Positions 26,661-41,033 of a stretch of DNA of 64,000 nt are shown piece by piece. The notes under the pieces were generated by a model. The model made no database searches. It saw only the letters and a program-made list of their open reading frames with translations, and had not been told where the DNA came from. The position numbers and the translations under genes were made by a program. Each line of letters begins with the position of its first letter. Position 1 is the stretch's first letter. Location of the stretch: the NCBI GenBank assembly GCA_951406725.2, contig OX597826.1, positions 13,268,001 through 13,332,000 on the forward strand, read 5' to 3'. This stretch comes from Octopus vulgaris (taxonomy: Eukaryota).

Positions 26661-29114
26661 TGATCAGATTCGATCTATGGCTTAACAACAATAACAGTCA
26701 TTGCTTCAGTTAAGTGCACCGTAGCAACACACGGCGTATCTGGACAGTTTGGACCAAACAGAACCCACCTCTTTCCAGATTTGACTACAGAGAAAATGAG
26801 AAAAAGGAGAAGAATCGGCCTCAGTGCCGGGCTGGTAGGTATTTTCTTTAACGACCCCGAAAGATGAAAACTAAGGTGGACTTCGGCGGGATTTGAACTC
26901 AAGAATACCGTAATAAATACTACAAGGCATTCTATCAGACACTTAAACGATTCTGCCAATGCTCCGACTAAGAAATAACAAATGCCTCAGCATAGAACAG
27001 AATTAAAATAGACATGAATATTGTGAAATATGAAATTGATGTTTAGAGCATATATTGTCTTGCGGTGTGACGAAACATTGTGATAAGCACCATGCTCTCG
27101 TCAGAAAAGCAGTGTTTCCCATAAGTTCATAAAATGTTCTTAATGCTTCATCAGAGCTTCGTTAACTCCTGGACATTGTGATGCAAAGGGAATCACAATG
27201 CTCCAACGAGAAACTAATTCGCATATTCGCCGAATTTCAGAAACAACTTATATACCAACTGCACATGAACATTAAAAGAACAAAACATTGTACCAAATTA
27301 TAGTTAAATGTTCAAAACCTTTCTTTTTTTTTAAGGTAGAATGAAACATTAGGGTGTATCCTACATTCCCGCCAGCAAGATATGCACAAGTCCTCGTCAT
27401 ACTGAACACATGCAAATTCACCAGCATCAGAGTTAAGGACCATATTTTTATAAGCTATTTCTTCTCAGTATCACGGCAATCGGAGTCAAGTGAATTGAAA
27501 CGAATGTTTAGAAAAGTCTAAAATTTCTTTCAGGATCTCGTATCTTGTTGCTTTCTGTCCAACACCATGGATCGTGTTCTTGAGAATATCTCCGAATTAC
27601 GTTCCAGAGTATGACTCATTAGATGCATATTAAATCAGTTATGCGTTTATAATAAAGAGAAATACGCTTTGAAATGCAACAGGTTAAGTCTGTTTAGTAA
27701 TTATTATTAATAAAAGTGTTTCCGGAACGTGGTTTGATTGGCCGTGAAATAGTCTTTATTTTGGAGAAATGAATGCTCGACTTGCGAAAAGAAAATAGCA
27801 GCCAACTCTTCCCTCAAATCACACCCTTCTACTTTCGATGTATATATATATTACACCCCCAAAACTCTAACAACTGGCTTAGTGGTCGGGGTGGAGTGTT
27901 GAGCTAATGATCACAGGGCACTGGGTCCCATTTTTGAACCGGGCGGCACGTGGTTTCCTCATGCAAGGTTCATCGTTTCGCGTTGTTCTAATCTACTTTC
28001 TGCCAAAGGAGTACCAGCCTCGTGCCGATACTGCTTTCTCTACTCCTCGAGATGTCGCATCCTTGTTGTTGGATCAAAGACGGTGGGAGGCTGAGGAGCT
28101 CCCGATATATGCTCCCGACTGCTACCATCCACCAGGATGTACTCGCTTGCAAGTGACGGCTATACTTTACACACACACACATATATATATATATATGACG
28201 CTTGTGACATATATGATATGCAGAGAGGAGGGATGGCCGTCGCTGGAATATGTTTGACCACAGGTCTGCTCACTGAATGCAGAAAGGGGCTAAACATTAA
28301 CATTTATGAGGCAATGCAAACTGGAAAGAAATAATTACCCCCAAAACGTTTGAAACCTAATTATCGGTGTTGCTGTTTAGCTCCCATCTCATTCCAAATT
28401 ACCATTAACTGAACAAATTGATAATGAGAGACATTCTAGCAATGACCATCCCGACGTATTTCGGATATGAAATATCTAGGATTACATTATCCACTAAGGG
28501 TTTTATTTTGTTTTATGTTAAGGTGTGATTTGAAGGAGATTTAGCTGCTATGTTTATTTATAGCAGGGTGAACGACCAAACAGATGCCTCCCTGTTTGAT
28601 AAACTGTTATCTATATAAAACAGCTCGGCTAACTGCTGTTATTGTAGGGGAAATGTTTGTTGTTATGTAGGGTAATGTTTTGTTTAGAAGCTCAGTAAAA
28701 TGCTTGCAACGATTTTTAAATGCAAAAACAAGGACTTGACAATAAAATTCCTCACCGGTTGACTCAAGATCGATGCAGAACGAAAAATAGGTTGATAAAA
28801 ACTTGAAATTATATATTTTTTGAAGTAAATAAATACAATGAATCTGAATGCTACGAATTTTCAGATTTGAAGAAGAATGGTAACGAGGAAACAGCATTTT
28901 TCATGGCTTTTCATGGAAACAAGCATAGATACTTAGGACAAACGAAAATCCTTTGAACATGGAAGGATTCATAAAAATAAACATTACATGGGTATATTCT
29001 TTATTTCTTTTTAAAGCGTACAAGTTTGTCTTCTGTAATAATTTCATTTGCATGTTTGGTGCCTTTAGGAACATTGAATCATCGAATCGATCCCAGTCCT
29101 AACTCGGTACATAC

Positions 29115-29356
29115 CAGCGGTTCTCAACCATTTTTTTTTACCTAAAGATCCTTTTGATTTCTGTTTTATTCCCCCATAGCTATTCGATATTTAAAAAACA
29201 ACCCTATTCTATTTTTATATTTAAATATTATCTGGAAATATATAAAAAAGAAATTGTTAAAATATGTTATGTATTGTACAAGTGGGACCAATTCATTGTA
29301 CATAAAATTATACATGGACCCCCGAAAATCATACGGACCCTAGTTGAGATCCACTG
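29115..29356. mobile_element. hAT (Charlie-type) MITE related to 22351
   Basis: Termini CAGCGGTTCTCAAC / GTTGAGATCCACTG; TSD not preserved. Confidence 0.7.
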
Positions 29357-29812
29357 CATTATATTATCGGATGAAAGATAAAGCTGACACTTTGTCGGGA
29401 TTTGAACTCAGTACGTAAGTTTCCTAGACTTAAACTTCATTCGGCACGAAGTGACCGAATAAAAAACTTAAATGTTGATGTTACAAAATATTATTATTAT
29501 TATCATTACTATCGTTATTTATCAACAGCAACATAGTTTGCACTTCATCATCATCATCATCATCATAGTTTCGTTTCCGATCCGATCACCGCCATCCACT
29601 CGGTCAACAAATTCATTGATAAAATGGAGAGAGAAATCAATACGAAATCGAAGGAGCAACGATGTGAGACTATGTGTGTGAGAGTAAAAATATGAAGTGT
29701 GTATAAGCAGACGGTTATTATGAACAGAAGTGAAGAGAATAAAGAACGGAGGAGAAAGAATTAGGAAAGAAAAGAAGAGGAACGACAGGGAAAAGACAAA
29801 GAGGACTGGGAA

Positions 29813-29844
<32 letters not shown>

Positions 29845-29954
29845 GACAGAAAGATGAAAATATTTTGATTGCAGGAATTGGAAATCCGAAAGGGAAACAG
29901 ACTAGCAAAGCTAAATGGGTGAGTGTGTGTGTGGGGGTTAGTAGAGATAATAGT

Positions 29955-30220
29955 CTAAAGAGAAAGAAGGAAAGAAGGGAAGAAAGAAAGAAAGAAGGAA
30001 AGAAAGAAGGAAGGAAAGAAGGAAAGAAGGAAAGAAAGAAAGAAAAGAAAGAAGGAAAGGAAGAGAGAAAGAAAGAGAGAAAGAAAGAAGGGAAGAAAGA
30101 AAGAAGGAAAGAGAGATAGAAAGAAAGAAAGAAAGAAAGAAGGAAAGAAAGAAAGAAGGAAAGAAAGGAAGAAGGAAAGAAAGAAAGAACGAAAGAAAGA
30201 AGGAGAGAAAGAAAGAAAGA
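29955..30220. repeat. (GAAA/GGAA)n polypurine tract
   Basis: Direct inspection. Confidence 0.95.
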
Positions 30221-30663
30221 ACTTGTTCGAATTTTGGCCCAAGACAAAGCCGGTTTATGAGGGGGGCGTTTCGGGTGGATGGGAATAAGCGTGCGGGCGT
30301 GTGGCGGTCGATTAGAGTAAGCTGTTTAAAGAACGGACATGAAAGCCAACACAGGATATGTATATATATTTGTATGTATGTATAAATGTAAATACATATA
30401 TGTGTGTGTGTGTGTATGCATGCATGTGTGTGTGTGTGTGTGTATGAATATAAACAAATGTATTTTATGCATACTTATGAAATAATGCACACGAGACTTA
30501 CCTCCGAAGACAATAACAACACAACCAGCGTCAAGCAGATAATCCGGTGCAGTTGATGTGACATTTGTGCGAAGAATAGTTTTAAATAAATTATCCAAAT
30601 GTGCGTGTGTAAGTGTTTAATCTTACGTGTGTCCGTGTGTCCGTGTAGTGTTTGGTCACCTTA

Positions 30664-30700
<37 letters not shown>

Positions 30701-33078
30701 CCGACTGAAGTTTTCTCGTATCTGTTGAATATTGTGATACCACGGCAGTCGTGATGTCTCGGTTGACGGTGTAGTAAATAAATCTAATAACGATTGGGGT
30801 TCATGGTTGTAAGGTCTGTGTGTTTACTTTCCAAGACTGCGATCATCTGATGACGATTATTAGTAGTAATAGAAGCGATGATGTTTTCTGGTAGTGACAG
30901 CGATATTGTTGTTAAAGAATTGTATTGTTTTAGTTGTTCTCATAGAGAGGTGTTCGCTTGCCAACAGTTTAATTACAAGCACCCGTTTGAAAAATAAAAA
31001 GTTAAAATAAAAAAATCAATCGAATGATGAAAGATCAATAGCGAATAAATGAATGCATTCATAAAAGTTTGCCCAACAGAAATATATAATTGTTACTTTT
31101 GTAATAATTATATACGTATTTCACTCCATAAATATTTACGGTTATATTTTATATTATAATTCCCGCTTTGCTCGTAACTTTCTGTTTTAAAACCGGGCTA
31201 TTATCGGTCTTTCTGTCTCGTTCGTTTAGAGCGATATTTCTTCTTTCTTTCTTCGCTATTATCGCTTATTTAATTAGCATTTAATGAACACCGCAACTTT
31301 CTCTCTTTGCTTTTATCAATTAAATCTCATTAGATGATCCGCAGTAGTTAAAAAACATATCCTCTCTGTATCCTTGTTAAGGTTTCTGACCAAAAAAAAA
31401 CAAAACAAACTTTTTAAGTCCCGGGATTTCGTGACGTGTGGCTGGCGTGTGTATACACGCATGAATCTGTGTATGTATATAGAGGTGTGTGTATGTTTAT
31501 TCATGGGTGTATCTATATCTAATGTCAGGCCTACATAGTAAGGCGCGTGTAAAGTAAGTATTTCTTTTTTTTTATAATATTATTATTCCTTTTTGTTGTA
31601 TAGTCATTTTTTTCCTTTTCTTCTTTTTGCGTGTGTAAGCACGAGCAGGCCTGCAAGCCGCCGAACTGGGACAGTCTTGTAGTATGTACGTACGCACTGA
31701 TGTATGTATACGTGTGTATAACTGCCTCTACACGCGCGCACGTGTGTATGAGTATATACGCGAAGATAGGTACAATATAAGTAAGCCCTCGGTGCGCTTG
31801 TAGATGTGTGAGCGTACGCGTGTGTGCGCTTGTGTGTGTTTGTAAGCGAGCACGTGTCGGACTGGTTGTGTATCCGTTCGTGCATAACAGCTTGTATTTG
31901 TGTATATGCGTATATGTTATTATATATATATGTGTGTGTGTGTGTGAGAGAGAGAGCGTGTGCGGGCGCGCGTATTCTTTTGTGAACTAACCTGTAAGGC
32001 TACAGATAAGATTAGGGGTAGGTTGAGTCGGTGATTGATTAAAGGAAGTGTGAGGGGGTAAAAGGATGAGGCGTAGGGTAATGAAAAAAAGAAAAATAAA
32101 AGAAGAAAATAGAAAGAAAAAATATTTGCGTAGCGAATGTGGTAGTTGACTGGGGGGTGGGAGTTGGGGGTGGGGTAGCTGTGGTGTGGCAGGGGTAGTG
32201 ACGGTCGTGGTGGCGGTGGCGGTAAAGGTGGTGTTGGTGGTGTTGGTGGTGTTGGTGTTGGTGTTGGTGGTGTTGGTGTTGGTGGTAGTAGTGTTGATAG
32301 TTGTGGTGGGGGTTGAAAAAGTGTGCTGAGAAATGGGAGGTGCGCTGAAAAACAAAACAAATTGCAAAAGAGAGAGAAATATGAAAAAATTAGGGAGAGA
32401 GAGAGAGAAGGAGAGAATGCAAGAGAGAGTGAGGGGGAGAGAGAGTGAAAAGGAGAGAGAGAGAATGCATGTGAGAGGGAGGGAGAGAGAGAATGCATGA
32501 GAGAGTGAGAGGGAGAGAGAGAGAGAGAATGCATGAGAGAGTGAAAGGGAGAGAATGCATAAGAGAGTGATAGGGAGAGAGAGAGAGTAAGTGTGAGAGT
32601 GGGAGGGAGTGAGAAGAAAAGCGGGTTGGAGAGAGACAAAGACAGACAGACAGACAGATGGACATACAGACGGATAGAAAAGAGAGCGAGAAAGTTTGGG
32701 AAATAATATAAGAAAGAAAAAAAAGGAAAAAAAGAAAGAAAAGAAATGTAGTTAGAATGAGAGTAAGAGAGGGGGGAGCATGAGAGAAACAAGAAGACAA
32801 AGAAGGAGTAAGAGAGAGAGAGAGAACGCGAGCGAGAGAGTAAGAGAGTGATAGAGGGGAGAGAGCGAGACAGAGAGAGAGAGAGAGAGAGAGAGATTAT
32901 GTGATAAATAAGAAGTAGTGATAGGTACAGTAGGGTGCGGTGAGAGGTAAAGCGATTAGGAAAGGAGGAGAGAGGGGAAGGAAGAGGTGCTTAGAAACCA
33001 ACACGCACGCAAGCACACAGACACACACGCACACACACATACACTCACACCTATACACTTATATACATGCATGCATGC

Positions 33079-33110
<32 letters not shown>

Positions 33111-33604
33111 ATATATATATATATATATGTATTTATATATATATATATATACATACGTGCATGCATGTGTGTATGTGTGTAGAAGGCAAAGTTAAGCGGT
33201 GAAAGAGAGAGGAGGGCAGTGGAAATTGAATATAAATGAAAATATATGGAGACACGCTTACAGCACAGGTCTAAGAAAAACGGGCGGTGCTCCCGTCTGA
33301 CTTGTATGACGGACATAGCGCGTGATTCCACACGTCACACACATAGTCATACGCACACACTTGTATTATATATATATATATATATATAAACGTTTACACG
33401 TTTACACACGTGTATTGGCACACTCGCATATATGCGTGCGCGTACACACACACACAGAGACACATACACACACGCGTTTTCATGTCTATTCTGTGTGTGT
33501 GTGTGTGTAAACAAGGCCACGTTTTTTATATGCTAAAAGTTTATGCGTTTATGCTTATGTGCAGATGCACATACGTCCGCGCACACATAGATACTTACAT
33601 ATAT

Positions 33605-34070
33605 GCACACACACATACTCGCACACACACACACGCACACAGACACACACATACTCGCACAAACACACACACACACGCACACACACACATACTCGCACAC
33701 ACATACTCGCACACACACGCACACACACATACTCGCACACACACGCATACTCGCACACACACACACACACACACATACTCGCACACACACACACGCACAC
33801 AGACACACACATACTCGCACAAACACACACACACACGCACACACACACATACTCGCACACACATACTCGCACACACACACGCACACACACATACTCGCAC
33901 ACACACGCATACTCGCACACATACACACACACACACATACTCGCACACACACACACGCACACAGACACGCGCATACTCGCACACACACACATACTCGCAC
34001 GCACACACATACTCGCACACACACACATACTCACACACACGCACATACTCGCACACACACGCACATACGC
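33605..34070. repeat. CA-based minisatellite (CATACTCGCACAC motif) with ~160-bp higher-order period
   Basis: Marker AGACAC recurs at 33641, 33801 and 33963. Confidence 0.85.
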
Positions 34071-34405
34071 TCGCACTCACAACCATGCATGCACATGTCT
34101 TTTTCTCTATTATGCAAACAGGTTTATCTTTTTAATCAGCCGAATGCATTTGGGTTTATAAATGCATGACGGCCATGACAGTGAGTGCTAAGACGGTGCT
34201 CTAGCATGGCCGCAGCATACCGACGGAAACTTGGTGGGAGGCGGGTACATGCGCGCGATAGAAGTTTACACTTCAAACAAAGAGAACCGGACAAAGACAG
34301 ATATTTAATTAGAAATACGAGGACGCGGTTTCGATTCGAAAATACGTCTCTTGGCGCATGAGTGTTTATTTCTTCGGGCGGTAAATGAAATGAATGACAT
34401 TCTCT

Positions 34406-34821
34406 GGATCTTTTCGGTTTGAACGGCAGTTTTTTCAAGCGGTGTCATGTGAAATTGTCACCCATAATTATGACCCTAGTATCGATCTATTGCATTTCAA
34501 TCTGTTTTAGGGTTAGGGTTAGGGTGGGGGAAGGGTATCTTTTTTTTCTTCAGAAATGTAAATAAACCCAATCTGTTTCTTAAACGAGGGACATATTCAT
34601 ACGGCATAGAATGTTTTCACCTCAATAAACGTCATTGATTGGTTGAAATTGCAGAAATTGAAGAAAAACAACAACAAATACCTTACAAACTATAGAATTT
34701 TCTCAATAAAGCCAAGAGAAAAAGATGTTTTATAAACACATTCTACCAGTATACGAAGTTTAAAAGTGCATAGTTAAGTGTAAATTATTTTAAAAAACTG
34801 CCGGTCAAACCGAAAAGATCC
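34406..34821. mobile_element. Second copy of the GGATC-terminated TTAGGG MITE
   Basis: Same TIRs and interior as 19377; exact TSD cattctct at 34398-34405 and 34822-34829. Confidence 0.9.
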
Positions 34822-34849
34822 CATTCTCTTCGTTATATACAGTTTAATC

Positions 34850-35388
34850 TTTTCTAGTATAAGCAGAAAGCCTGACATTTTTAAGGGAGGGCTCTTGTCG
34901 ATTACATCGAAGCTCATTGCTCAACTAGTGCTTACGCATTCCACCGTACTCGAAAGGACGAAAAGCAAAGTCGACTTCGGCTGAATTTGAAATCAGAACT
35001 TGAAGCCGGAAGAAATACCGCTAATATTTTTGTCCGCCACGCCTGTTATTATGCTAGCTCACCCCTTTAATAATAATAATATTTTCTACTAAAAGCACCA
35101 GGCCTGGAATTTTCACTAGCACTTAATTTATCGGCCCCAACAGGATGAAAGGCAAAGTCGACCTCGGTAGAATTCGAACCCAAAACGTAGGGACGGGCGA
35201 AATACCTATTTCTTTACTACCCACAAGGGGCTAAACACAGAGGGGACAAACAAGCACAGACAGACGGATTAAGTCGATTATATTGACCCCAGTGCATAAT
35301 TGACCCCGAAAGGATGAAAGGCAAAGTCGACCTCGGCGGAATTTGAACTCAGAACGTAGCGACAGCTAACGTTTCTGCCAGCTCCCCG

Positions 35389-35390
<2 letters not shown>
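34850..35390 (-). mobile_element. SINE family A cluster
   Basis: Repeated core blocks with the GAAATAC|CTATTTC junction at ~35206. Confidence 0.8.
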
Positions 35391-35426
<36 letters not shown>

Positions 35427-35429
35427 GAT

Positions 35430-35460
<31 letters not shown>

Positions 35461-35461
35461 C

Positions 35462-35546
<85 letters not shown>

Positions 35547-35548
<2 letters not shown>

Positions 35549-35955
35549 GAATAAGAATCCAGACATAGTCTTAATTGAGAAAGAAAGCAAACTGTGCTAG
35601 ATCATGGATATAGCATGCCCAGCTGACAAGAAGGTATGCGATAAGGAAGAAAGAAAAGTCGATTGATATGACAGGTTAGCTTGGGAGGTTAAGCAGTTGT
35701 GGTCGATGTAAAAGGTAGTAGTAGTACCAATAATTGTCGGACCCCTGGGAACAGTAAGCAAAAATCTCGAGAAGTACGTTGAACAAATAAGGGTGGAGCA
35801 CTTGCAGAAAACAGCACTTCTTGGAACTGTTCGAATACTCCAGGTGTTCGAAAAATAAGAGGTGTTACCTTAGTTCACTGGTAGTGAACAGCTGACACCG
35901 TAGTACATCTCCAGCGATAGAAGCTGTGCAAAGGCAATGATAATAATAATGATAA
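35547..35955 (+). mobile_element. R4/Dong-clade LINE 3' fragment (RLE endonuclease, 3'UTR, AAT tail)
   Basis: Translates NPDIVLIEKESKLC*IMDIACPAD...VVPIIVGPLG...LQKTALLGTVRIL (PD..D RLE motif) with stops, ending in (AAT)n. Confidence 0.85.
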
Positions 35956-37343
35956 TCTTTTCTATTATAGGTACAAGGCCTGAAATTTGTAGGGGAGGGG
36001 ATAGTTGATTACATTGACAATAGTACTCAACTGGTGCTTAATTTATCGACCCCGAAAGGATGAAAGAAAAAGTCGGCCTCGGTAGAACTTGAACTTAAAG
36101 ACGGATTAAATGTCGCTAAGCAGCTTGTCCGACGCATCTGCGATTTGCTATCTTGTCGCACTAATAACAATAATAAGGGTAGCAATTTCTATTTTGGCAC
36201 AAGACCAGCAATTTCAAAGGAAGGGTAAGTCGATTACATCGACCCCAGTGCTCAACTGGTACTTATCGACCCCGAAGGGATGACATGTGAACTCGACCTC
36301 GACGCAATTTGAACTTGGAACGTAATGACAGACAAAATGCCGCCAATCATTTTGTCCGGCATGCTAATGATTATTCTTGCTTGCCGCCTTATATTCAATA
36401 TAATAAACAAAAGATTTTGCTATTAAGTTGCGTCGGCGAGGCCAGAAGAGGTTCGGAATTCAAAATTCGACATCTAGATCCGATGGCTTTTATGTAGAGA
36501 TACTAATCCTTCAATTTTTTTGTCACATCGGCAAACGAGACCGATAGAATTAGTATCAGATTAATATGTAAACTAAGATAACTAAGTACTGGGGTCGATT
36601 TGTTTAGCTTAAACCCCTCTAGGTGGCGTCCCAGCACGGCCACAGTCCAATGACTGAAACAAGTAAAAGATAAAAGAAAAACGTAGAAGTGAGGACGCGG
36701 AGGTGAGAAAGAAACCAGTTTCGAATCGCAGTGGTTCATCCCATTTTTATTTACTCACATATTTTCTTTCTTTTTTTTTCATCGTTTCACTGGTTTCACT
36801 CGTTGCATTTTGTCCATACTGGAGCACCGGCTTCACGAGTATAGTTGATTTCATCGATTCCAGGACTTATTTAAATGTCTCACGAAAAAGTGAAAGGCTG
36901 AGTGGATTTCGGCAAGACTTGAACTCAAAACGTAAGCCACAAGACATTTTCTCCGATGTTCTACCGATTCTGCCATCCATTTTGAAGTTTTAGAAGTAGT
37001 AGCGGTAATAGCAACATTAGCATCTGTTGGTAATAGTAGGTGTTCCTTAGCCCTAGATTAGCGTTGACCGAGCACACAGAAAGCGAAAGATGGCGTGATC
37101 TTGAGCGTCTATCATTTTTTTATGCAGAGAAACCGGAACCACATCAGCCAAAGTGCTTTTCTAAAACGGTACTGTATGATTTGTGGCAGATTTGGCTGCT
37201 ATTTCAAACCACTCGAGTGTCCATGTCCAAGCTTTTAATGTGAGGAAAAGGTAGAGCAGCGACAACGTTCCTTACAGGATATCCTCGTGGTGGTGTTGGT
37301 GGTGTTGGTGGGGAGGGGTCGTAGAAGTTGACGTTTGGTTAGT

Positions 37344-37729
37344 GTGTGGAAGCACTCCGTCGGTTACGACGACGAGGGTTCCGGTTGATCCGAATCAACG
37401 GAACAGCCTGCTCGTGAAATTAACGTGTAAGTGGCTGAGCAATCCACAGACACGTGTACCCTTAACGTAGTTCTCGGGGATATTCAGCGTGACACAGAGA
37501 GTGACAAGGCCGGCTCTTTGAAATACAGATACAACAGAAACAGGAAGTAAGAGTGAGAGAAAGTTGTGGTGAAAGAGTACAGCAGGGATCACCACCATCC
37601 CCTGCCGGAGCCACGTGGAGCTTTAGGTGTTTTCGCTCAATAAACACTCACAATGCTCGGTCTGGGAATCGAAACCGCGATCCTATGATCGCGAGTCCGC
37701 TGCCCTAACCACTGGGCCATTGCGCCTCC
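37344..37729 (-). mobile_element. tRNA-derived SINE family C, full length with 13-bp TSD
   Basis: Minus-strand head GGAGGCGCAATGGCCCAGTGG...GGTTTCGATTCCC; TSD acgtttggttagt at 37331-37343 and 37730-37742. Confidence 0.9.
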
Positions 37730-38129
37730 ACGTTTGGTTAGTATCTCTTTAGCCCGACGACATCTGCAGAAAATAAGTTGAACGAAGAGTGAATTCTATA
37801 TCGTTGTAGTTCTGAGGAGGTCTGATCTGAGAAAGTGTTTAATGGATAATGGGGCTCAGTAGGTGGTAAGAAGTGGGAAAATGAGTGTCAGATGGGTCTA
37901 ATACGAGGCAATATACGCAAAATGCTAACTTAGAGGATGTTGGTGCAGAAATTAATCGCATTTTTCACTGTAAACTCTGGGGTTTATTTTAAAATTTACT
38001 TAAAATTTACCATATTCATGTAATATCCATTTTAAGAGGTAGATTTTCGTCCACTGATTTATGCTAAAGGTTTAGTTCTCCGTGTTTATACGTTTTTATT
38101 TAGGCTGATAAATCATTAATTGAAATTCG

Positions 38130-39075
38130 AGAGATTTTATTCATAGTAGAATGCGAAGCAGTGGAAACTGATCGCAGAATCAGTCAAGTATTTGACCAGA
38201 AGACTGTCAATAAATGTGCAACTCAACGTTGGTTCGAAAAAATTATAGTCGAGACGAAAGTTTTGAAGATGTGGAAAGTCACAGATGACTTTCTTTAATT
38301 GAAAGCGACTAAGTCACCGATAAATTATTTGTTGATAATTCGATTTTATTATTGTCCATACAGACGAACATAGAATGGGACAGCACAATGTGATCTGGGG
38401 GTCATATACATCGAATGAGTTGGTTAAAAATTTATTATAACATGATAACATCGAATGGGGCACAAAAGACATTAACAAATAATGAGGACAACATGAGGTT
38501 AAAAGAAAATAGATTTGTTCTGACCCCACGAGCCCTGCCCTTTTAACCGACACCTTGCATTTCGGTTATGATTATTTGTTTGTTGATAATTCAACAGTTG
38601 CTTGGCATTTGCATCACATTGGAAAATCAAGAAAATTCTACAAATGGATGCCGCACGTGCCAAACGGAAAAATAAAGAAAAAGAAAAAAAAAACTTATGA
38701 CGTTTGCTTAGTGTTTTGTATAATAAAAGCCAGCCAGTTCTTGATCGCATTGCAACACGTGACGCCTGCGTTGTGGGTGAACGAAAGAGAGGCACCAACG
38801 AACTTTCCAAACTGAAGCTGCACCAAAAGCTTATGGTCAGTGTTTGGTGGTCGAAAAGTGGAGTTGCACGTCACAGTAGCCTGAATTATGTTGAAACCGT
38901 CACAGATGAGAAGTATAGCATCAAATCAACATAATGCACCAAGAGTTTCTATATTTGCGTCCAATATTCGTCAGTCGAAAAGAACTAATTCTCTTGTCTC
39001 TGATTACTCCCGACCTGCTCATGTCTGAGGCATTAACCCCGACTAAATACCACTTTTCAAACACCTTGATAACTT
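38130..39075 (+). pseudogene. Decayed mariner (Mos1/Hsmar-like) transposase, interrupted at ~38.31-38.55 kb
   Basis: Fragments TVNKCATQRWFEK (HTH), KWMPH (WVPHEL), LDRIATRD, LHQKLMVSVWW and LTPTKYHF (LAPxDYHLF). Confidence 0.8.
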
Positions 39076-39633
39076 CCTCTCTCTTCTCCCCCCTTTGTTG
39101 CCTTCGTCCCTCTTTCTCTCTCTCTTTTGTTTCCTTTGCCCCCTTTCTTTTCTCTTTCTTCTGTCACGTGACCGCTGGTCAAAATCAGCCTTTTGGCTTT
39201 CGACCACTGCCGTGAAAACATCTGTTGTCTTCGTCTGCCGATAAAGGCATTTTTTCAAAATACGCCAGCTAAACTTGTACTGTTTATTAGTCGTAAGACA
39301 CCCGCTGTTTTTGTCCTGTTTTTACCATTATTGTTTTTTGTAATTTATATTCGTGTGGCAGCGTTCGTTTTTCTGTCCCTGTTTCGTATACATTCGATCC
39401 TTCTTCCAAGAAATCTAATGCTCGTAGATTAGCTTTTCCTTGGGGCTGGCCGGATCGGAGCGATCTCAAGATTAATCAGCCGAAATTGCTACGATGATCC
39501 GGTTCTTGACTGAAGATTGAAGGCTTCGAATGTCCCGTCCGTGTTTTTTGTATCGTCTTCTTAATGTTTTACGTTCTTGTCCCAGTTTGTATTTTTCTAC
39601 ATAAAATAATATATATATATATATATATACATA

Positions 39634-40939
39634 CAGGGTATCCATAAAGTCTCTTAACAATTTTAAAAAATTATTACAAAGGCAGTTGATGAAATATTTT
39701 AACCAGATTTAGTTTTATTTTAATAATTGTTTATTAAGTTTTTATTGATATTACATTTTTGTGTTTCAGATACTTTGTTGATGGGAGGGAACTGATTCAC
39801 CGAACCCCTATAAAATGGCTACTCCTCATGAAAAAGCACAATGTGTATCCTGGTTTATTGAGACAAAATCGGATGTTCAGACTCAACGAAATACAGAACT
39901 TAAGTATGGAAAAGATCCACCATCGCGTCCTTCAATTCGTGCATGGCACAAGAAATTTATGGAGACGGACAATGTTGGATAAAGGGAGGAGCAGGCGACC
40001 AAGAACATCTGATGAAAACATGGATCGTGTTTCAAAAGCCTTTGCTCGTTCTCCTACGAAGTCCATCCGCACTGCTGCCAGACAGTTGCAAGTACCACGT
40101 TCAACTGTGCACAAGGTCCCCCACAAGAACTTACGGTTGTACGCTTACAAAGTACAACTATTACAGGCACTTGAGCCAAATGACAAACCAAAACGAAAAG
40201 AGATTGCACTCAATATGCTGGAACGTATTTCTGACGATGAAGCATCCTCAAGCGAGTTTGTCTCAGTGACGAGGCGACTTTTCATGTTTCAGGGAAATTA
40301 AACAGACACAATGTGAGAATCTGGGGATCAGAACATCCCCATGTGACTAGAGAGCTTCAACGAGATAGTCCAGAAGGGAATGTGTGGTGTGGAATCATGT
40401 GCAATCGAATAATTGGTCCATTTTTCTTCAACGAGGCAACAATTTCTGCAGATGTTTACCTCGACCTTCTGACCGAATATGTGGCGCCACAACTGATTGA
40501 TTTACAACCAGCCATCATTTTCCAGCAAGATGGTGCACCACCACATTGGGGACGGCATGTTCGTCAGTTCCTCAGTCAAACATTTCCAGACCGATGGATT
40601 GGAAGGGAAGGGCCAATTCCATGGCCACTGCGTTCGCCAGATATCACTCCCTTGGACTTCTTTTTATGGGGTTATGTAAAAGATATTGTGTATCAAACAA
40701 AGATACGAGACATTGCTGACTTGAAGCAAAGGATTCGTAATGCCATTGCCACCGTTGATTAGGCTATCCTACGGCGAACATGGCAAGAAATCGAGTTGTG
40801 CCCACATTGTGGTGTATTAAATAACAGTTAAAAAACTTTAAAAACACTTATTACAATAAAATAAATCTGGTTAAGATATCTTGTCAACTGCCTTTGTAAT
40901 AAAATTTTAAAATTATAAAGAGACTTTATGGACAGCCTG
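39634..40939 (+). mobile_element. Full-length Tc1/mariner element, DD41D (rosa/Visitor) family
   Basis: ~110-bp imperfect TIRs (CAGGGTATCCATAAAGTCTCT / AGAGACTTTATGGACAGCCTG), TA on both sides, internal transposase. Confidence 0.92.
39815..40820 (+). pseudogene. DD41D transposase pseudogene (frameshifts and an early stop)
   Basis: MATPHEKAQCVSWF start, GRSRRPR, SDEATF, FQQDGAPPH...WPLRSPDITPLDFFLWG with 41 residues between the 2nd and 3rd Asp; split over frames with TAG at 40760. Confidence 0.9.
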
Positions 40940-40962
40940 TATATATATATATATATATATTT

Positions 40963-41033
<71 letters not shown>

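Noticed and set aside
26990-27760. Unique-looking stretch as exon or transposase (also 28.6-29.05, 45.43-45.93 and 53.0-53.6 kb)
   Set aside because: The frames I checked are interrupted by stops and show no motif I can name; probably old TE debris.
39430-39545. GGCTG/CAGCC-GAAA and CTGAAGA as a hammerhead in the 39.1-39.6-kb segment
   Set aside because: Core elements are in the wrong order and no stem I closes; the segment is left unclassified.
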